Below, piece after piece: positions 1-12,329 of a stretch of 64,000 nt of DNA (position 1 is its first letter; every line of letters starts with the position of its first letter). A program made the position numbers and the translations under genes. Source of the DNA: Octopus bimaculoides (taxonomy: Eukaryota). The stretch lies in NCBI RefSeq assembly GCF_001194135.2, contig NC_068987.1, positions 104,228,288 to 104,292,287 of the forward strand, written 5' to 3'. The notes below the pieces were generated by a model that did no database searches, was not told the origin of the DNA, and saw nothing but the letters and a program-made list of their open reading frames with translations.

Positions 1-210
1 CGAGCGTGGCCGTTTTCGTGCGGGTGACACGTAAAAGCACCCACTACACTCTCTGAGTGGTTGGCGTTAGGAAGGGCATCCAGCTGTAGAAACTCTGCCA
101 AATCAGACTGGAGCCTGGTGTTGCCATCCGGTTTCACCAGTCCTCAGTCAAATCGTCCAACCCATGCTAGCATGGAAAGCGGACGTTAAACGATGATGAT
201 GATGATGATG
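1..210 (+). mobile_element. RTE LINE 3'UTR with (GAT)n tail
   Basis: Reverse complement of the 3' end of the RTE copies at 3885 and 41563; ends aaacgatgatgatg. Confidence 0.85.
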
Positions 211-711
211 AAGGTAATTTAAATAATTCTAATCAAGAAAAAAATTTCATGTAGAGCTTTTCATAATTTTTAGCATGTTTAATAACTTAATTACTATTAT
301 TTTACTAGTAATGAAAGAAGCTTTGTGTTATTTAAAGTACAACTATAGAAAAATACCAAGGCATACCTGTTGCATGAAAACTGAATAGTAGAGAGGTAGT
401 CAATGTACTTAACACATAAAGCACGATGGGCCATGATTGTGGCCATCAGGCACAGGTTGACAGACCACGATCGTGGCCCAGATAGATGCATTTAATTTAT
501 GGGTATTTATTGGGGTCTAATGTCACTCAAACGCTCCAATACACACCAGAATGCAAGAGGACTATTAGTTGAACTATTATATACTAAGAAGATATTTTAA
601 CTATTTTTTGTTTTTTTTATGTGTGTATGGTAGTCTCATTTTCATAAAATGTGCTCAGTAGTCCATGCTAATTTATATATATATAAATACTCGAAGCTGA
701 AGTCATCATCA

Positions 712-1352
712 GGTGTAGGTGTGGCTGTGTGGTAAGAAGCTTGTTTCCTAATAACATGGTGTGGGAAACAGTCTCACTGTGTGACACCTTGGGTGAGTGT
801 CTTCTACTATAGCCTTGGACCAACCAAAGCCTTGTGAGTGGATTTGATGGACAGAAACTGAAAGAAGCCCATTGTATATATCATCATCATCATCTAACAT
901 CCATTTTCTATGCTGGCGTGGATTGGATAGCTACACAGGAACTGGCATGGCCAGGGGCTGCACCAGGTTCTATAGTATGTTTTGGCTTGGTTTTTACAAC
1001 TGGATGCCCTTCCTAATACCAACCACTCCATAAAGTGTACTGGATGCTTTTTAAGTGGCACCAGCACCAGTGGTTTTTATGTGGCAAGCACACACACACA
1101 CACGCATACAGATATGTATGTGTGTGTGTGTGCGTGTGTGCGCATGTGTGAGTGTTTGTCCCTCACCACCACTTGACAACGAGTGTTGGTGTGTTTACAC
1201 TCCCAAAACTTAGCCTTTTGGTAAAAGAGAGCTGATAGAATGAGTACCAGGTTTAAAAAAAAAAGTACTGGGGCTGATTTCGTTCAACTAAAAGTTCTTC
1301 AAGACAATGCCCTAGCATGGCTACAATCTAATGACTGAGACAAGTAAAAGAC
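712..1352 (+). mobile_element. SINE family A split by an RTE 3' fragment (about 881-1088)
   Basis: The head ends ..gcccattgtatata, then a (CAT)n RTE tail, then the SINE tail. Confidence 0.7.
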
Positions 1353-2904
1353 AGATGATCATCAACATTCAATGTCCATACTGAAATGGGTTGGATGGTT
1401 TGCTAGGATCTGATGGGTCCAAGGAATGAACTGTGCTTCAGAGTCTGCTTTTAAATGAGGTGGAGGCAAGTGGCTTAGTGGTTAGGGTGTTGGACTCACG
1501 ATTGTAAGATTGTAGTTTCGTTTCCTGGACCAGGTGACGTGTTGTGTTCTTGAGCAGAACACTTCATTCCATGTTGCTCCAGACCACTCAGCTGGCAAAA
1601 ATGAGTAATCCTGCGATGGATCAGCGTTCTGTCTAGGTAGGGAAATTACGTGCCATGGAAACCAGGAAACCAGCCATTATGAGTCAATGTGACTCGAGAA
1701 GGTAACCTCTACCTTACCTTTTTGCACATGAGTTCTACAGCTGAATGCTCTTCCTAACACCAACCATTTTATTGTGCATACTGGGTGCTTTTCTGCCATG
1801 CGACTCACCAGATTACAGATCTTGAGGGGTGTGTGAGTTTATGCTAGGAGATGAGTGGGTTAAAGTATAAGAGAAGGTGCGGGGGTGAGAGGAGTAGGTT
1901 CTTGCAGTGAAGCTACGAAGAGATAAATAATGGTAATGCGGTATCCAGGAGGCCCCACAAGGTATGAAGTGAACAGAAGTGAGTGGAGACAGAATAACTA
2001 GAAGTGTAAATGGGTGGGTGAGTGGTGGTTTGCATGAGTATAAGGGGGAGAGGAAGGGAGGTAGGTAACACCTGTAAAGATTGGGTAGAGTTGAAGGGCG
2101 GATAAGAGGAGGATGACAGAAGGATGCAGAAGAGTAAAGAGCAGGGGGTGAGGTAGAACAGAAGCAGGATAGTAATTATGATACAGTTAATTAACAGGGG
2201 AGGATGACAGAAATGATATGTGGGTTGGGTAGACTGCAGGAATGGAGCGCGAGAGAAGCAGGTGTAGTGTGTGAGGAGAGGTAATATGGTAATTAGTGGG
2301 GTGGGTGAAGAGAAAAGTGTTAATGGATAAAGAAGTGTTAACAAGTGAAATGGTTCCAGGTAACAACAAAAACAAAATGGTATCGAGGGAGAGGTGCAGT
2401 GAAAAAAGACGATAGATGGAGTGGAGATAATGGGATACGAGGAGGAGATTGGACGAGGCTTATCCACAAACTGTCATTCAATACTGGATAGTGGCTGTCA
2501 GAGCATGCACAGTTTAGCATTTGTATGGTGCATAATGCTTTTAAATCACGTTCTTTGTTATAGTCAGGATGTACTGTTGTGGTTACATTTTTTTCTTCCT
2601 ATGAATAAAGTTTGTATTAGCTGAAAAGAAGGCTGTTCAAAATAAGCTGGTGCGTAGAACAGACACTATTCTTTTTGTTCACTTCTCCAAAACAAAACTA
2701 ATACAGTTGGAAGCTTTTCAAATCCTGTCTTGCTCAAACATTGCATTAAATTAATGATAAAAACAACGATAAATCTTTTGAGAATATTCTCTCAGCCAAT
2801 CGAAACACTCAGAGAAGCCGGTTGTTAAAATCAAAACAATTATTAACCACACAAATTGTTTGAAGGAAATCATGTAAAAAAAAAAAAAGTATATCAAATT
2901 TTAG

Positions 2905-3056
2905 GGCTCTGCTGTGTGGTAGGAAGTTTGCTTCTCAACCACATGGTTTTAAGTTCAATCCATGATCTCTTGGGCAAGTGTCTTCTACTATGGCCCTAGG
3001 CTGAACAGAGCCATGTGAGTGGATTTAGTAGATGGAAAATGAAAGAAGCTCATGAC

Positions 3057-3142
<86 letters not shown>

Positions 3143-3352
3143 CTTTGTGTTTGTCAACCCACCACTGCTTGAGGCTTGACAACTGGTATTTGTTTGTTTA
3201 CATCCCTGTAACTTAGTTGTTTGGCAAAAAGAGACTGGCAGAATAAGTATTAGGCTTAAGAATAAGTGCAGAAGTTGATCTGTTCAGTTAAACCCTTCAA
3301 GACTATACCCCAGCACAACTACAGTCCAATGACTGATACAAGGAAAAGATTT
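2905..3352 (+). mobile_element. SINE family A, old copy with (TG)n
   Basis: Same consensus; (TG)n at 3060-3139. Confidence 0.75.
3060..3139. repeat. (TG)n microsatellite
   Basis: Direct reading. Confidence 0.95.
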
Positions 3353-3426
3353 AAAAAAGAAAATGATAGGAGCTACTTAGAAATTTTCCAATGAAATGAA
3401 AAATACTCAAATGAAATTATCTTTAC

Positions 3427-3487
3427 CTTGTTGTTCCTTGGAAAATGTTTGGTGAGAGTAAGGACTGGAAATTACAGTCCTTCTTAT
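3427..3487 (-). CDS. BRCA2: Possible further BRCA2 exon (HKKDCNFQSLLSPNIFQGTT in phase 1)
   Basis: Acceptor attttagttcag, donor AAG|GTAAAG, open in the required phase. No recognisable homology, and a second frame is also open. Confidence 0.4.
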
Positions 3488-3711
3488 CTGAACTAAAATC
3501 ATGGAACTCTAAAATAAACAAGTGCAGAAAATGACAAAGCAAAATAAAAAAAAAATAATCTGAAAGTTAGTAACAGATCAAAATGTTTGAAAGAAAAGTA
3601 GAAAGTTATTGATAAAATGTAAGAGAAAGAGGCTGTTTGTAAAATACTATATACTGTACAAACCAGAAATATTGAATATAAAAACATGAAAAAAAAAAAG
3701 TATTTTAATTT

Positions 3712-4860
3712 TAGGCGCAGGAGTGGCTGTGTGGTAAGTAGCTTGCTTACCAACCACATGGTTCCGGGTTCAGTCCCACTGCGTGGCACCTTGGGCAAGT
3801 GTCTTCTACTATAGCCCCGGGCCGACCAAAGCCTTATGAGTGGATTTGGTAGAAGGAAACTGAAAGAAGCCTGTCGTATATATCATCATCATCATCATCG
3901 TTTAACGTCCACTTTCCATGCTAGCATGGGTTGGACGATTTGACTGAGGACTGGTGAAACCGGATGGCAACACCAGGCTCCAATCTAATTTGGCAGAGTT
4001 TCTACAGCTGGATGCCCTTCCTAACACCAACCACTCAGAGAGTGTANNNNNNNNNNNNNNNNNNNNNNNNNNNNNNNNNNNNNNNNNNNNNNNNNNNNNN
4101 NNNNNNNNNNNNNNNNNNNNNNNNNNNNNNNNNNNNNNNNNNNNNNNNNNNNNNNNNNNNNNNNNNNNNNNNNNNNNNNNNNNNNNNNNNNNNNNNNNNN
4201 NNNNNNNNNNNNNNNNNNNNNNNNNNNNNNNNNNNNNNNNNNNNNNNNNNNNNNNNNNNNNNNNNNNNNNNNNNNNNNNNNNNNNNNNNNNNNNNNNNNN
4301 NNNNNNNNNNNNNNNNNNNNNNNNNNNNNNNNNNNNNNNNNNNNNNNNNNNNNNNNNNNNNNNNNNNNNNNNNNNNNNNNNNNNNNNNNNNNNNNNNNNN
4401 NNNNNNNNNNNNNNNNNNNNNNNNNNNNNNNNNNNNNNNNNNNNNNNNNNNNNNNNNNNNNNNNNNNNNNNNNNNNNNNNNNNNNNNNNNNNNNNNNNNN
4501 NNNNNNNNNNNNNNNNNNNNNNNNNNNNNNNNNNNNNNNNNNNNGGTAGGTGTTTCCTGGTTGTTTACAGTCTTTATTGCACCTGAACATCTGCCACATA
4601 CAAAAACTAACTTCCTAGTTAACCTGCCTTTGATATATATAGGTATGTGTGTTTGTGTGTCTGTGTTTGTCCCCCCACCATCGCTTGACAACCGATGCTG
4701 GTGTGTTTATGTCCCCGTAACTTAGCAGTTCGGCAAAAAGAGACTGATAGAATAAGTACTAGGCTTACAAAGAATAAGTCCTAGGGTCGATTTGCTCGAC
4801 TAAAAGCGGTGCTCCAGCATGGCCACAGTCAAATGACTGAAACAAGTAAAAGAGTAAAAG
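3712..4860 (+). mobile_element. SINE family A split by the RTE insertion at 3885-4634
   Basis: Head at 3712-3884 and tail at 4635-4860 join into one consensus copy. Confidence 0.8.
3885..4634 (-). mobile_element. 5'-truncated RTE LINE nested in a SINE
   Basis: KGRLTRKLVFVCGRCSGAIKT at 4546-4634 is nearly identical to 42597-42686. The (GAT)n tail is at 3885-3900 and the middle is a gap. Confidence 0.85.
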
Positions 4861-6476
4861 TATTGTTTGACACCAATTAGCCTTCAACCAGTCCTGGTTG
4901 TATGATACAAACTCTCTGTTTTAAAGTGATTTTAATTAAAAACTTCCATCAGAATTTCATATTAATTTATATTAATTTAGAGTTCAATAATGACAAAGTT
5001 ATTTTAATAAATTCTTTATTATTTTCAAAATTAAATGAAACAAAGATTGAGTTTTAAGAGAAATATGGTAACAAAAGGATGAAGAACAACCACATTTTGA
5101 AACTTCAGTATATCAAATTATATTATATGTTCCAAATACACATAATATTGCTGTAGAATAAAAAATGTAGGATACACCCTAAATTCTTGGTAGCATGTTG
5201 TAGGTATCAACTTACTTCAGCCTCTGAATTTTATTAATTTCTATAACGCTTTCATTAACTTCGTTATACTGAATTTCTATAAATATTTATGATGTCTTCG
5301 GAGAATTACATTTAGAATGTTTAGAGTAAGTCAGTGATAAGGAACATAGCTACTGCATTCTGTGGTTGCCAAGCTTCAGAAAAATTTCAGTCACGGTTGG
5401 ACTTAAAGGATAGTTAATAAGCAAAAGAATGTCCAAATTACTGTTACTTATTTTTTGTAGGCTGGTTCATATTAAGTATCTCTATTCTGTGAACAGTAAG
5501 AAACATTAGCTACTTGAATTTGGAATAGTTTCTCAGCAGCTTGAAGATTTTCTTTTAAATCAAGTATTTCTTGTATATACAATCATTTCCAAGGATTGGG
5601 TTCTCTTTAAAAGGTTAGTGAAGTATGTTTACATTTTGTGCAATGTGCAAATGACTCGCTGCCACACACCATTTTGTGTTTTTGTGCGATAGAGTTTGCT
5701 TATGTACTCAACATACAAAAAAAAAAAAAAAAGAAGAAAAAAGTAAGAAAGAAAAACCCATCATCATTTAACATCCATTTTTCCATGCTTGCATGGGTCA
5801 GATGGAACTGGCTGAGATAGATTTTCTACAGTCGGATGCTCTTCCTTTTGCCAAACCTCACGTTTCCAAACACAGAAATGTTGTCCCATACCTAGACATG
5901 TTTTTTGACAGAAGAGTGGAAATGAACAACCTCACTTGTATGATGATGATGATGATGACGATGATGTTCATTTACAACCATCATGTGATGTCAAGACAAA
6001 CGTACACACACACGCAAACACACACACTATGAGCTATTTTCAGTTTCAATCAATAAAACTCATTTACAAGGCACTGATTGGCTTGGGGGCCATAGTAGAA
6101 AATACTTGCCCAAGGTGCTGTGGGACTGAACTCAGATCCCATGATTGGGAAACACAGCTATCCATATTAGTTCCAATATTTTTAAAATAATTTTTTAATC
6201 ATAATTCTTATTTTTATTATGAAATGAAGCCGTGCTTATGACCTTTATAGACATTCTCAAAAGGAAAAAGTTATGGTCAATGTTAGCTTAGAACCTCAAC
6301 AGGCTTGCTTGATCTACAAGGAATAGCAGCCAAATATTTTTCAAATCACACTCTGATGTTTCATGTAAGGACAGAATATCAGACAATGTAATCCTACATA
6401 CTGTTAAAGGCTGAGATAAACATAGCTGGAATGAGTTTTATCAATGAACTGTTCAATCAGAATTGATTTGGGGTTA

Positions 6477-6816
6477 TAGGAAAGTGGGTTATACATCATT
6501 AGATGTACACCTGACTTTCCTATATTAAATTAAGAATTTGAACGGAACGCTGAACTCCAAACTATCAACACAAACAACATTTATTCAAGGTGGAAAATAT
6601 ACATCTTTAATCTTGTTTGTTGAGACGTCTTCGGTGTGTGAGAACATGGTTGTTGGGACGTTGGTATATTGATGTGAGTTTGAAAAGGTGGAGAGACAGC
6701 TAGACACGTCCTTGCTCAATCGCTGGCCAGCAAGAAAGAGAGCGATCAAAGCGGGAAAGCTTGGTTGTTGAATTCCACGCATGCGTGAGACTACGCATGC
6801 GCACGGCGTTACTACA
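6477..6816 (-). mobile_element. Solo-LTR-like element, copy 1 (6-bp TSD gggtta)
   Basis: Homologous to 55851-56201 with identical ends (TGTAGTAACG.../...CCTA on minus); TSD at 6471-6476 and 6817-6822. Confidence 0.7.
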
Positions 6817-6926
6817 GGGTTAAATAACAAAAGTGACAACAATATGAGCAGGGAAGGAATTCCTGGAGAATATGGGAGTGAATAAGATGTTTGACATGGG
6901 TTTTGAGTTGTATGATATAATATTTG

Positions 6927-7304
6927 TTTGTACTCCGTTGCTTACGACGTCGAGGATTCCAGTCAATCAGATCAACGGAACAGCATGCTCGTGAAATTAA
7001 CGTGCAAGTGGCTGAGCACTCCACAGATACGTGTACCCTTAACGTAGTTCTCGGGGATATTCAGCATGACACAGTGTGACGAGGCTGACCCTTTGAATTA
7101 CAGGCACAACAGAAACAGGAAGAAAAAGTGAGAGAAAGTTGTGGTGGAAGAGTACAGCAGAGTTCGCCACCATCCCCTGCCGGAGCCTCGTGGAGCTTTA
7201 GGTGTTTTCGCACAATAAACACTCACAACGCCCTGTCTGGGAATCGAAACTGCGATCCTATGACCGCGAGTCCGCTGCCCTAACCACTGGGCCATTGCGC
7301 CTCC
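6927..7304 (-). mobile_element. SINE family C, TSD tgtatgatata
   Basis: Near-identical to 43845-44215; duplicated 11-mer on both flanks. Confidence 0.85.
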
Positions 7305-8374
7305 ACTGTATGATATAGTAGATAAAAGAGAAGTCGAGTGTATCAGGTGGGATTGTGAGAGATGGTGTACAGACTGACATTTCAGTGAAGCAGAAGCTGT
7401 AGTAATGGTACAAACAGTAAAGAGAGGAGGCAATTTGTCTGTGGGACAGTGGATTGTATAATGGTGCTGATTAGTCAAATGGCTTTTTCTTCAGATGCCA
7501 TCTGCAACGCCTGTGTATGTAGCATCTTCAGTCCCAGATACATCAGTAGAACTCAACTGTATGTTGCACTAAAGCAATGTAATGAGTAAGTAACTGATTA
7601 TGGATCAAGTACTTCATGATTCCCAGTACTTCGATTCCCGGACCGGGCGTTGTGTGTGTTTATTGAGTGAAAACACCTAAAGCTTCATGAGGCTCCGGCA
7701 GGGAGTGGTGGCGACCCCTGTTGTACTCTTTCACCACAACTTTCTCTCACTCTTTCTTCCTGTTTCTTGAGTAACGCAGCGATGGACTGGCGTCCCGTCC
7801 AGCTGGGGGGGAACACATATGCCATAGAAACCGGGAAACTGGGCGCATGAGCCTAGCTAGGCTTTAAAAGGGCGCATAAATAAATAACTTCATGATACTC
7901 AAGAGGAAGCTCAGACATCGTCAGATGTTGTGAAGGCTAGCATTTGTAGCTGATTTTTAAGGGTTTTAGCTTTACATAATACATACTTAGCCTGTAAAAC
8001 TGTTTCTTTGATATGTGTAGTGATGTGTCTTGCTACTGATGAACAAGGTTACGTCTGGGTTAAGTTCCCTTTGGAAGATGCTTTTCACATCTCAATTCAC
8101 TCAAGACACTGCATGCAGCATGAGAAGCAATATTTTACTTTCTAAGGCAGTGAGCTGGCAGAATTGTTACCACACCAGGCAAAATGCTTAGTGCCATTTC
8201 ACCTATCTTAATGTTCTGAGTTCAAATTCCACTGAGGTTGACTTTGCCTTTCATCCTTTTAGGGTTGCTAAAATAAGTTGAATACTGGGATTGATGTAAA
8301 TGACCTACTACATTCCCCAAAATGCTGGCCTTGTGACAAAATTTGAAATTAATATTTTACTTGCTAAATTTATA

Positions 8375-8762
8375 GGCGTAGGAGTGGCTCTGTGGTAAGT
8401 AGCTTGCTTACGAACCACATGGTTCTGGGTTCAGTCCCACTGCATGGCACCTGGGGCAAGTGTCTTCTACTATAGCCTTGGGCCGACCAAAGCCTTGTGA
8501 GTGGATTTGGTAGACGGAAACTGAAAGAAGCCCATCGTATATATATATATATATGTATGTGTGTATGTGTTTGTCCCCCCAACATCGCCTGACAACCGGT
8601 GCTGGTGTGTTTACGTCCCTGTAACTTAGCTGTTCGGCAAAAGAGATCGATAGAATAAGTACTAGGCTTACAAAGAATAAGTCCTGGGGTCGATTTGCTC
8701 AACTAAAAGACGGTGCTCCAGCATGGCCACACAGTCAAATGACTGAAAAGAGTAAAAGAGTA
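8375..8762 (+). mobile_element. tRNA-derived SINE family A (head gtaggagtggct.tgtggtaag, internal (TA)/(TG)n), full length
   Basis: A/B-box-like head, ggcacct.gggcaagtgtcttctactatagc body, gtaaaaga tail; many copies in the window. Confidence 0.85.
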
Positions 8763-9379
8763 ATGTACTTTCAGAGCCATGAGTGTACATCAGTTGGTTA
8801 CATACCCCCCCCCCATATGGCTATAATGCATTGCTTTGAAATTAGTGTGGTAATTGTTTATTGATAGATTATCTGTATTTATGTAAGTTGTTGTTGTTGT
8901 CATCATTGTCATCATCATTTGTCAGGATGGGTTGAATAGGTTGTCACAATTTGATTTAGTGACATTCAGAGATACTGCCCTCCTAGATGGGTCAAAGGAT
9001 ATTTTAGTCATCCTCTACAACTGGATGCCCTTCTTAATATCAATCACTTTACAAAACTGTGTGCATCTACAAATGCTAGAGATGTTGTCTTATTCCCTAA
9101 GAGATGAACAAGTCTCTTTATTTACATTTAATATTTTTCCCGGTGAATGTAGCTGGATATAAATTACAAGGGAAATGACGACCAATGGCATGAAAGAGGA
9201 GAGGGTATGAATATGAGTGTTACAGGGGAAACAGAGTGAAAGGATAATAGGGAGGGGAATTATGGATTAGAGGTACTGTTAGTTACACACTGGTAGTGGC
9301 AGGAGGCTGAATAGAAAAAAAACACAGCACGAGCAGTATGTTAGGGTAGCAATAAAGAGGTATCATGACAAAGAGAGTG

Positions 9380-9800
9380 TGATGGCTAGTATCAGAAATG
9401 GTTGACAGGAAGAGTGGTAGATGACAGATGTAAAAATTAACACTTCCTTCTCCAAGCCTAGATTCGAAATCAAATCTAAGAATTCTCGGTTGTCCAAACC
9501 ACCACGATCAACAGGCGTGAAAACAAGTTTCCTTTGTCCTGTCAAAAAGTGATCGATCATCGCCCTTTGACCTACGACCTCAACCATGTCAGGTGAAGTT
9601 CAACTGGACAGGAGCTGACCTATTTAGGTACAAACTCTGCTGCAGTATGTCTGTCCTTCTAGCTGCCACGTTTATTATAAATATGGTGGTCAACAGACAG
9701 ATGATGAGAAGAAAGGCCTAGCAGGCAAATGAGGACGGTCTACAACACAACAGGTTTTGGCAATAGCAGAGACCAGAGCAATGTTCAAAGTTCCACAGTA
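9380..9800 (-). mobile_element. Possible L1/Tx1-like LINE remnant
   Basis: RKLVFTPVDRGGLDNREF resembles the post-RT P..xGGLG motif of L1/Tx1; heavily degraded. Confidence 0.35.
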
Positions 9801-10339
9801 GACAACTGTATCAGATGAACTATGTACACACACGCACACACACAAACATTCATTTCTGACATATCATTTCCACAGATGTGCCTTGTTTCTATTTCTAGCA
9901 ACTCGTAGCAGTTGTCAACATTTTGCATGTAGTGAAGAATTATGTGTACCAACGACAAATTAAGTCCAGTGAATAAATTATTTTTAATTATGAATCGATT
10001 CACTCATTTATTTACTTCAGAGGCATACACATTACTTTTGCGTCTGTTTACCATGATCCACATTTAACCACTACAAAGATAAGAGTCACATAGGAAAGGG
10101 TGGATATGAATAGGTCATTACACAGGTATTGCAATGCATAAGAGGAAAGAAAAAGTAGAAGAATGGGAGTGAGAGAAAGGTAGGGTGGAAATGACAATGG
10201 GTAACAGTACAAGGATTTGTGAAGAGCACAGAGGATGGTAGGTCAGAAGGTAGTAAGTAGAACAAGAGATGAAGAGATAGGACTATACTGGGCAAGAGAC
10301 CTAGTAATATAGATATATATATCCAAACCTCCATCACCA

Positions 10340-10860
10340 TATTTTAGCTGTTTTGCCATGCTTGCACTTGAGAGCAAGTCTTTTCCAGCACAGTGTGTCA
10401 CAATCATGGTTCTTTGTCATCTTTTTACGGTTCAGCTTCTTGAGATCATACATAACTACTTTGTTCCATGTCTCCTACCACACTTGTTCCATTCATTTCA
10501 AGTATTCAACTGACATACTCCATATGCATCACACGAGCATACCAGCAGTCTTCTCTCTTGCACACAACATCTCATACATCTCATATCCAGTTTTACTTTC
10601 AGCTCACTTGTGCTTCATAATTCCTGCATACTAACATCTTCGCAATTTGTGGACCATGCTTGCTTCAGTTTCCTTCCAGCCGTACAAGTCTGTATTTAAG
10701 ACCTAACATCCTGTTCCTATCATCATTGCACTTTAGACACAAGCATCATACCAGCAACCCTTCATTGCTAACTTTCATTGTGTTGACAGCATTTCTGTAC
10801 GGGCTTATATGACCCTCATAAGCCATTTGTCTATCCCTAACTTCCTTAGTGATTACTAAA
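10340..10860 (-). mobile_element. Old RTE LINE fragment (RT C-terminal region)
   Basis: Frameshifted remnants of the ..LERNEASM..LREKLG..RRLRWYGHVMRM..CGRGRPRKTW..DL type, with many stops. Confidence 0.65.
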
Positions 10861-11272
10861 AGCATCTTATATATTTGATGATATAAGACGATCTTTTCTT
10901 CAAAAAATATGTCTCAAAAAATCACCTGGGGTACTAAATGTGAAATTGCTTTAAATATTGCATGCATTAATGCACTAACAAATTTTTTCTTGAATATGCA
11001 CATTGAGGTGCAACAAATATACTCACGCATCTTCAATGCCATCAAATATGGTAATTAGTCCACAATTACTGAAAAACATTGCTACATTTTTGAATAAAGA
11101 ATACTAAATGGCTGAACAAAGTATTTTAGGAGGTATTAATTTATCTGGCTGTCATTATATTCTGTTAACCTATGAATCTTACAGAAGCAATGTTCATTTT
11201 TTAACTTGCCTTCAACCATGTAAACACAATTGTAAATATTCACAACAACAATTAAAAAATGTATTTATTTAC

Positions 11273-11353
11273 GGATAGGATCTGTAACCACAGGAAGAAT
11301 TCTCTGCCGGTCTTCAGTTCCATGTGAAACGGAGGGTTTCCAGAGAGCAGAAT
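11273..11353 (-). CDS. BRCA2: BRCA2 exon (NSALWKPSVSHGTEDRQRILPVVTDPI)
   Basis: Acceptor aaatatttcag, donor C|GTAAAT, 81 nt, phase 1-1, open. GTEDRQR..DPI resembles human GTIKDRR..LEPI, which follows the BRC region. Confidence 0.75.
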
Positions 11354-11458
11354 CTGAAATATTTGCATTACATTACTAACTTGTATAATTTGATAAATAA
11401 AACCAACAAAAATCACAAAAATTTAAATAATTATTCAAAACATAGATGTACAATAATA

Positions 11459-11862
11459 TACTCATTTACTCTTTTACTTGTTTCAGTCTTTTGACTGCGG
11501 CCATGCTGGAGCACCGCCTTTAGTCGAAGAAATCGACCCCAGGACTTATTCTTTGGAAGCCTAGTACTTATTCTATCGTTCTCTTTTGCCGAACCACTAA
11601 GTTACGGGGACATAAACACACCAGCATCGGTTGTCAAGCGATGTTGGGGGGACAAACACAGACATACAAACACACACACACATACACATATATATACACA
11701 TATACGACGGGCTTCTTTCAGTTTCCGTCTACCAAATCCACTCACAAGGCATTGGTTGGCCCAAGGCTATAGTAGAAGGCACTTGCCCAAGATGCCACGC
11801 AGTGGGACTGAACCCGGGACCATGTGGTTGGTAAGCAAGCTACTTACCACACAGCCACTCCT
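11459..11862 (-). mobile_element. SINE family A, full length, inverted relative to 8375-8762
   Basis: Reverse complement of the same consensus. Confidence 0.85.
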
Positions 11863-12295
11863 ATTTATAATACATTAAAATTGGCCTAGTGACTGCTATT
11901 TTTAATTAAATCTCTGTGACTAATTGTTATTAGTATGATAATAAATTTTCAGCATATAAACTGCAATATTTGAGATAAGCCTGCTTCAGTGACCTTGTAG
12001 ATAAGAGCATTTAAACATGATTTTTTTCTTTTTATTTCTTAATCAGAAGGCAATGTCAGATCATGATATTCTGCTAAGTTTCTGAGATAACAGGGCAAAA
12101 GAAACAGTGACTCATGGGTTTTCCTCAGACTCATCATCTTATACAAATATTTGCAACAAAGTGGAATTCCCTAAACAAGGAACCTGAATACCAAGTAATG
12201 GTGTTAAACTTGGTAACAGATTAAGTGTGCTAGCATACATCCATGGATAAAACAGTTGATGATAGTTGGACTGAAAAGTAGGGCAGATGCAAAGA

Positions 12296-12329
<34 letters not shown>

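Noticed and set aside
297-560. Possible further BRCA2 exon ending CAG|GTATGC
   Set aside because: All frames from the plausible acceptor contain stops, and no BRCA2 helical or OB-fold motifs are seen.
1913-2467. 184-aa Pro/Leu/Thr-rich ORF
   Set aside because: Antisense reading of a purine-rich degenerate repeat; similar tracts occur near 20.2 and 47.6 kb.
3954-4725. Long ORFs spanning N-runs (also near 24.1, 33.7, 38.7, 41.7 and 54.9 kb)
   Set aside because: Open only because Ns hide stops; the flanks are SINE or RTE sequence.
7240-7304. tRNA-like heads (also family A and B heads throughout)
   Set aside because: A/B boxes are present but there is no complete cloverleaf, and each continues into a multi-copy SINE body, so these are not tRNA genes.
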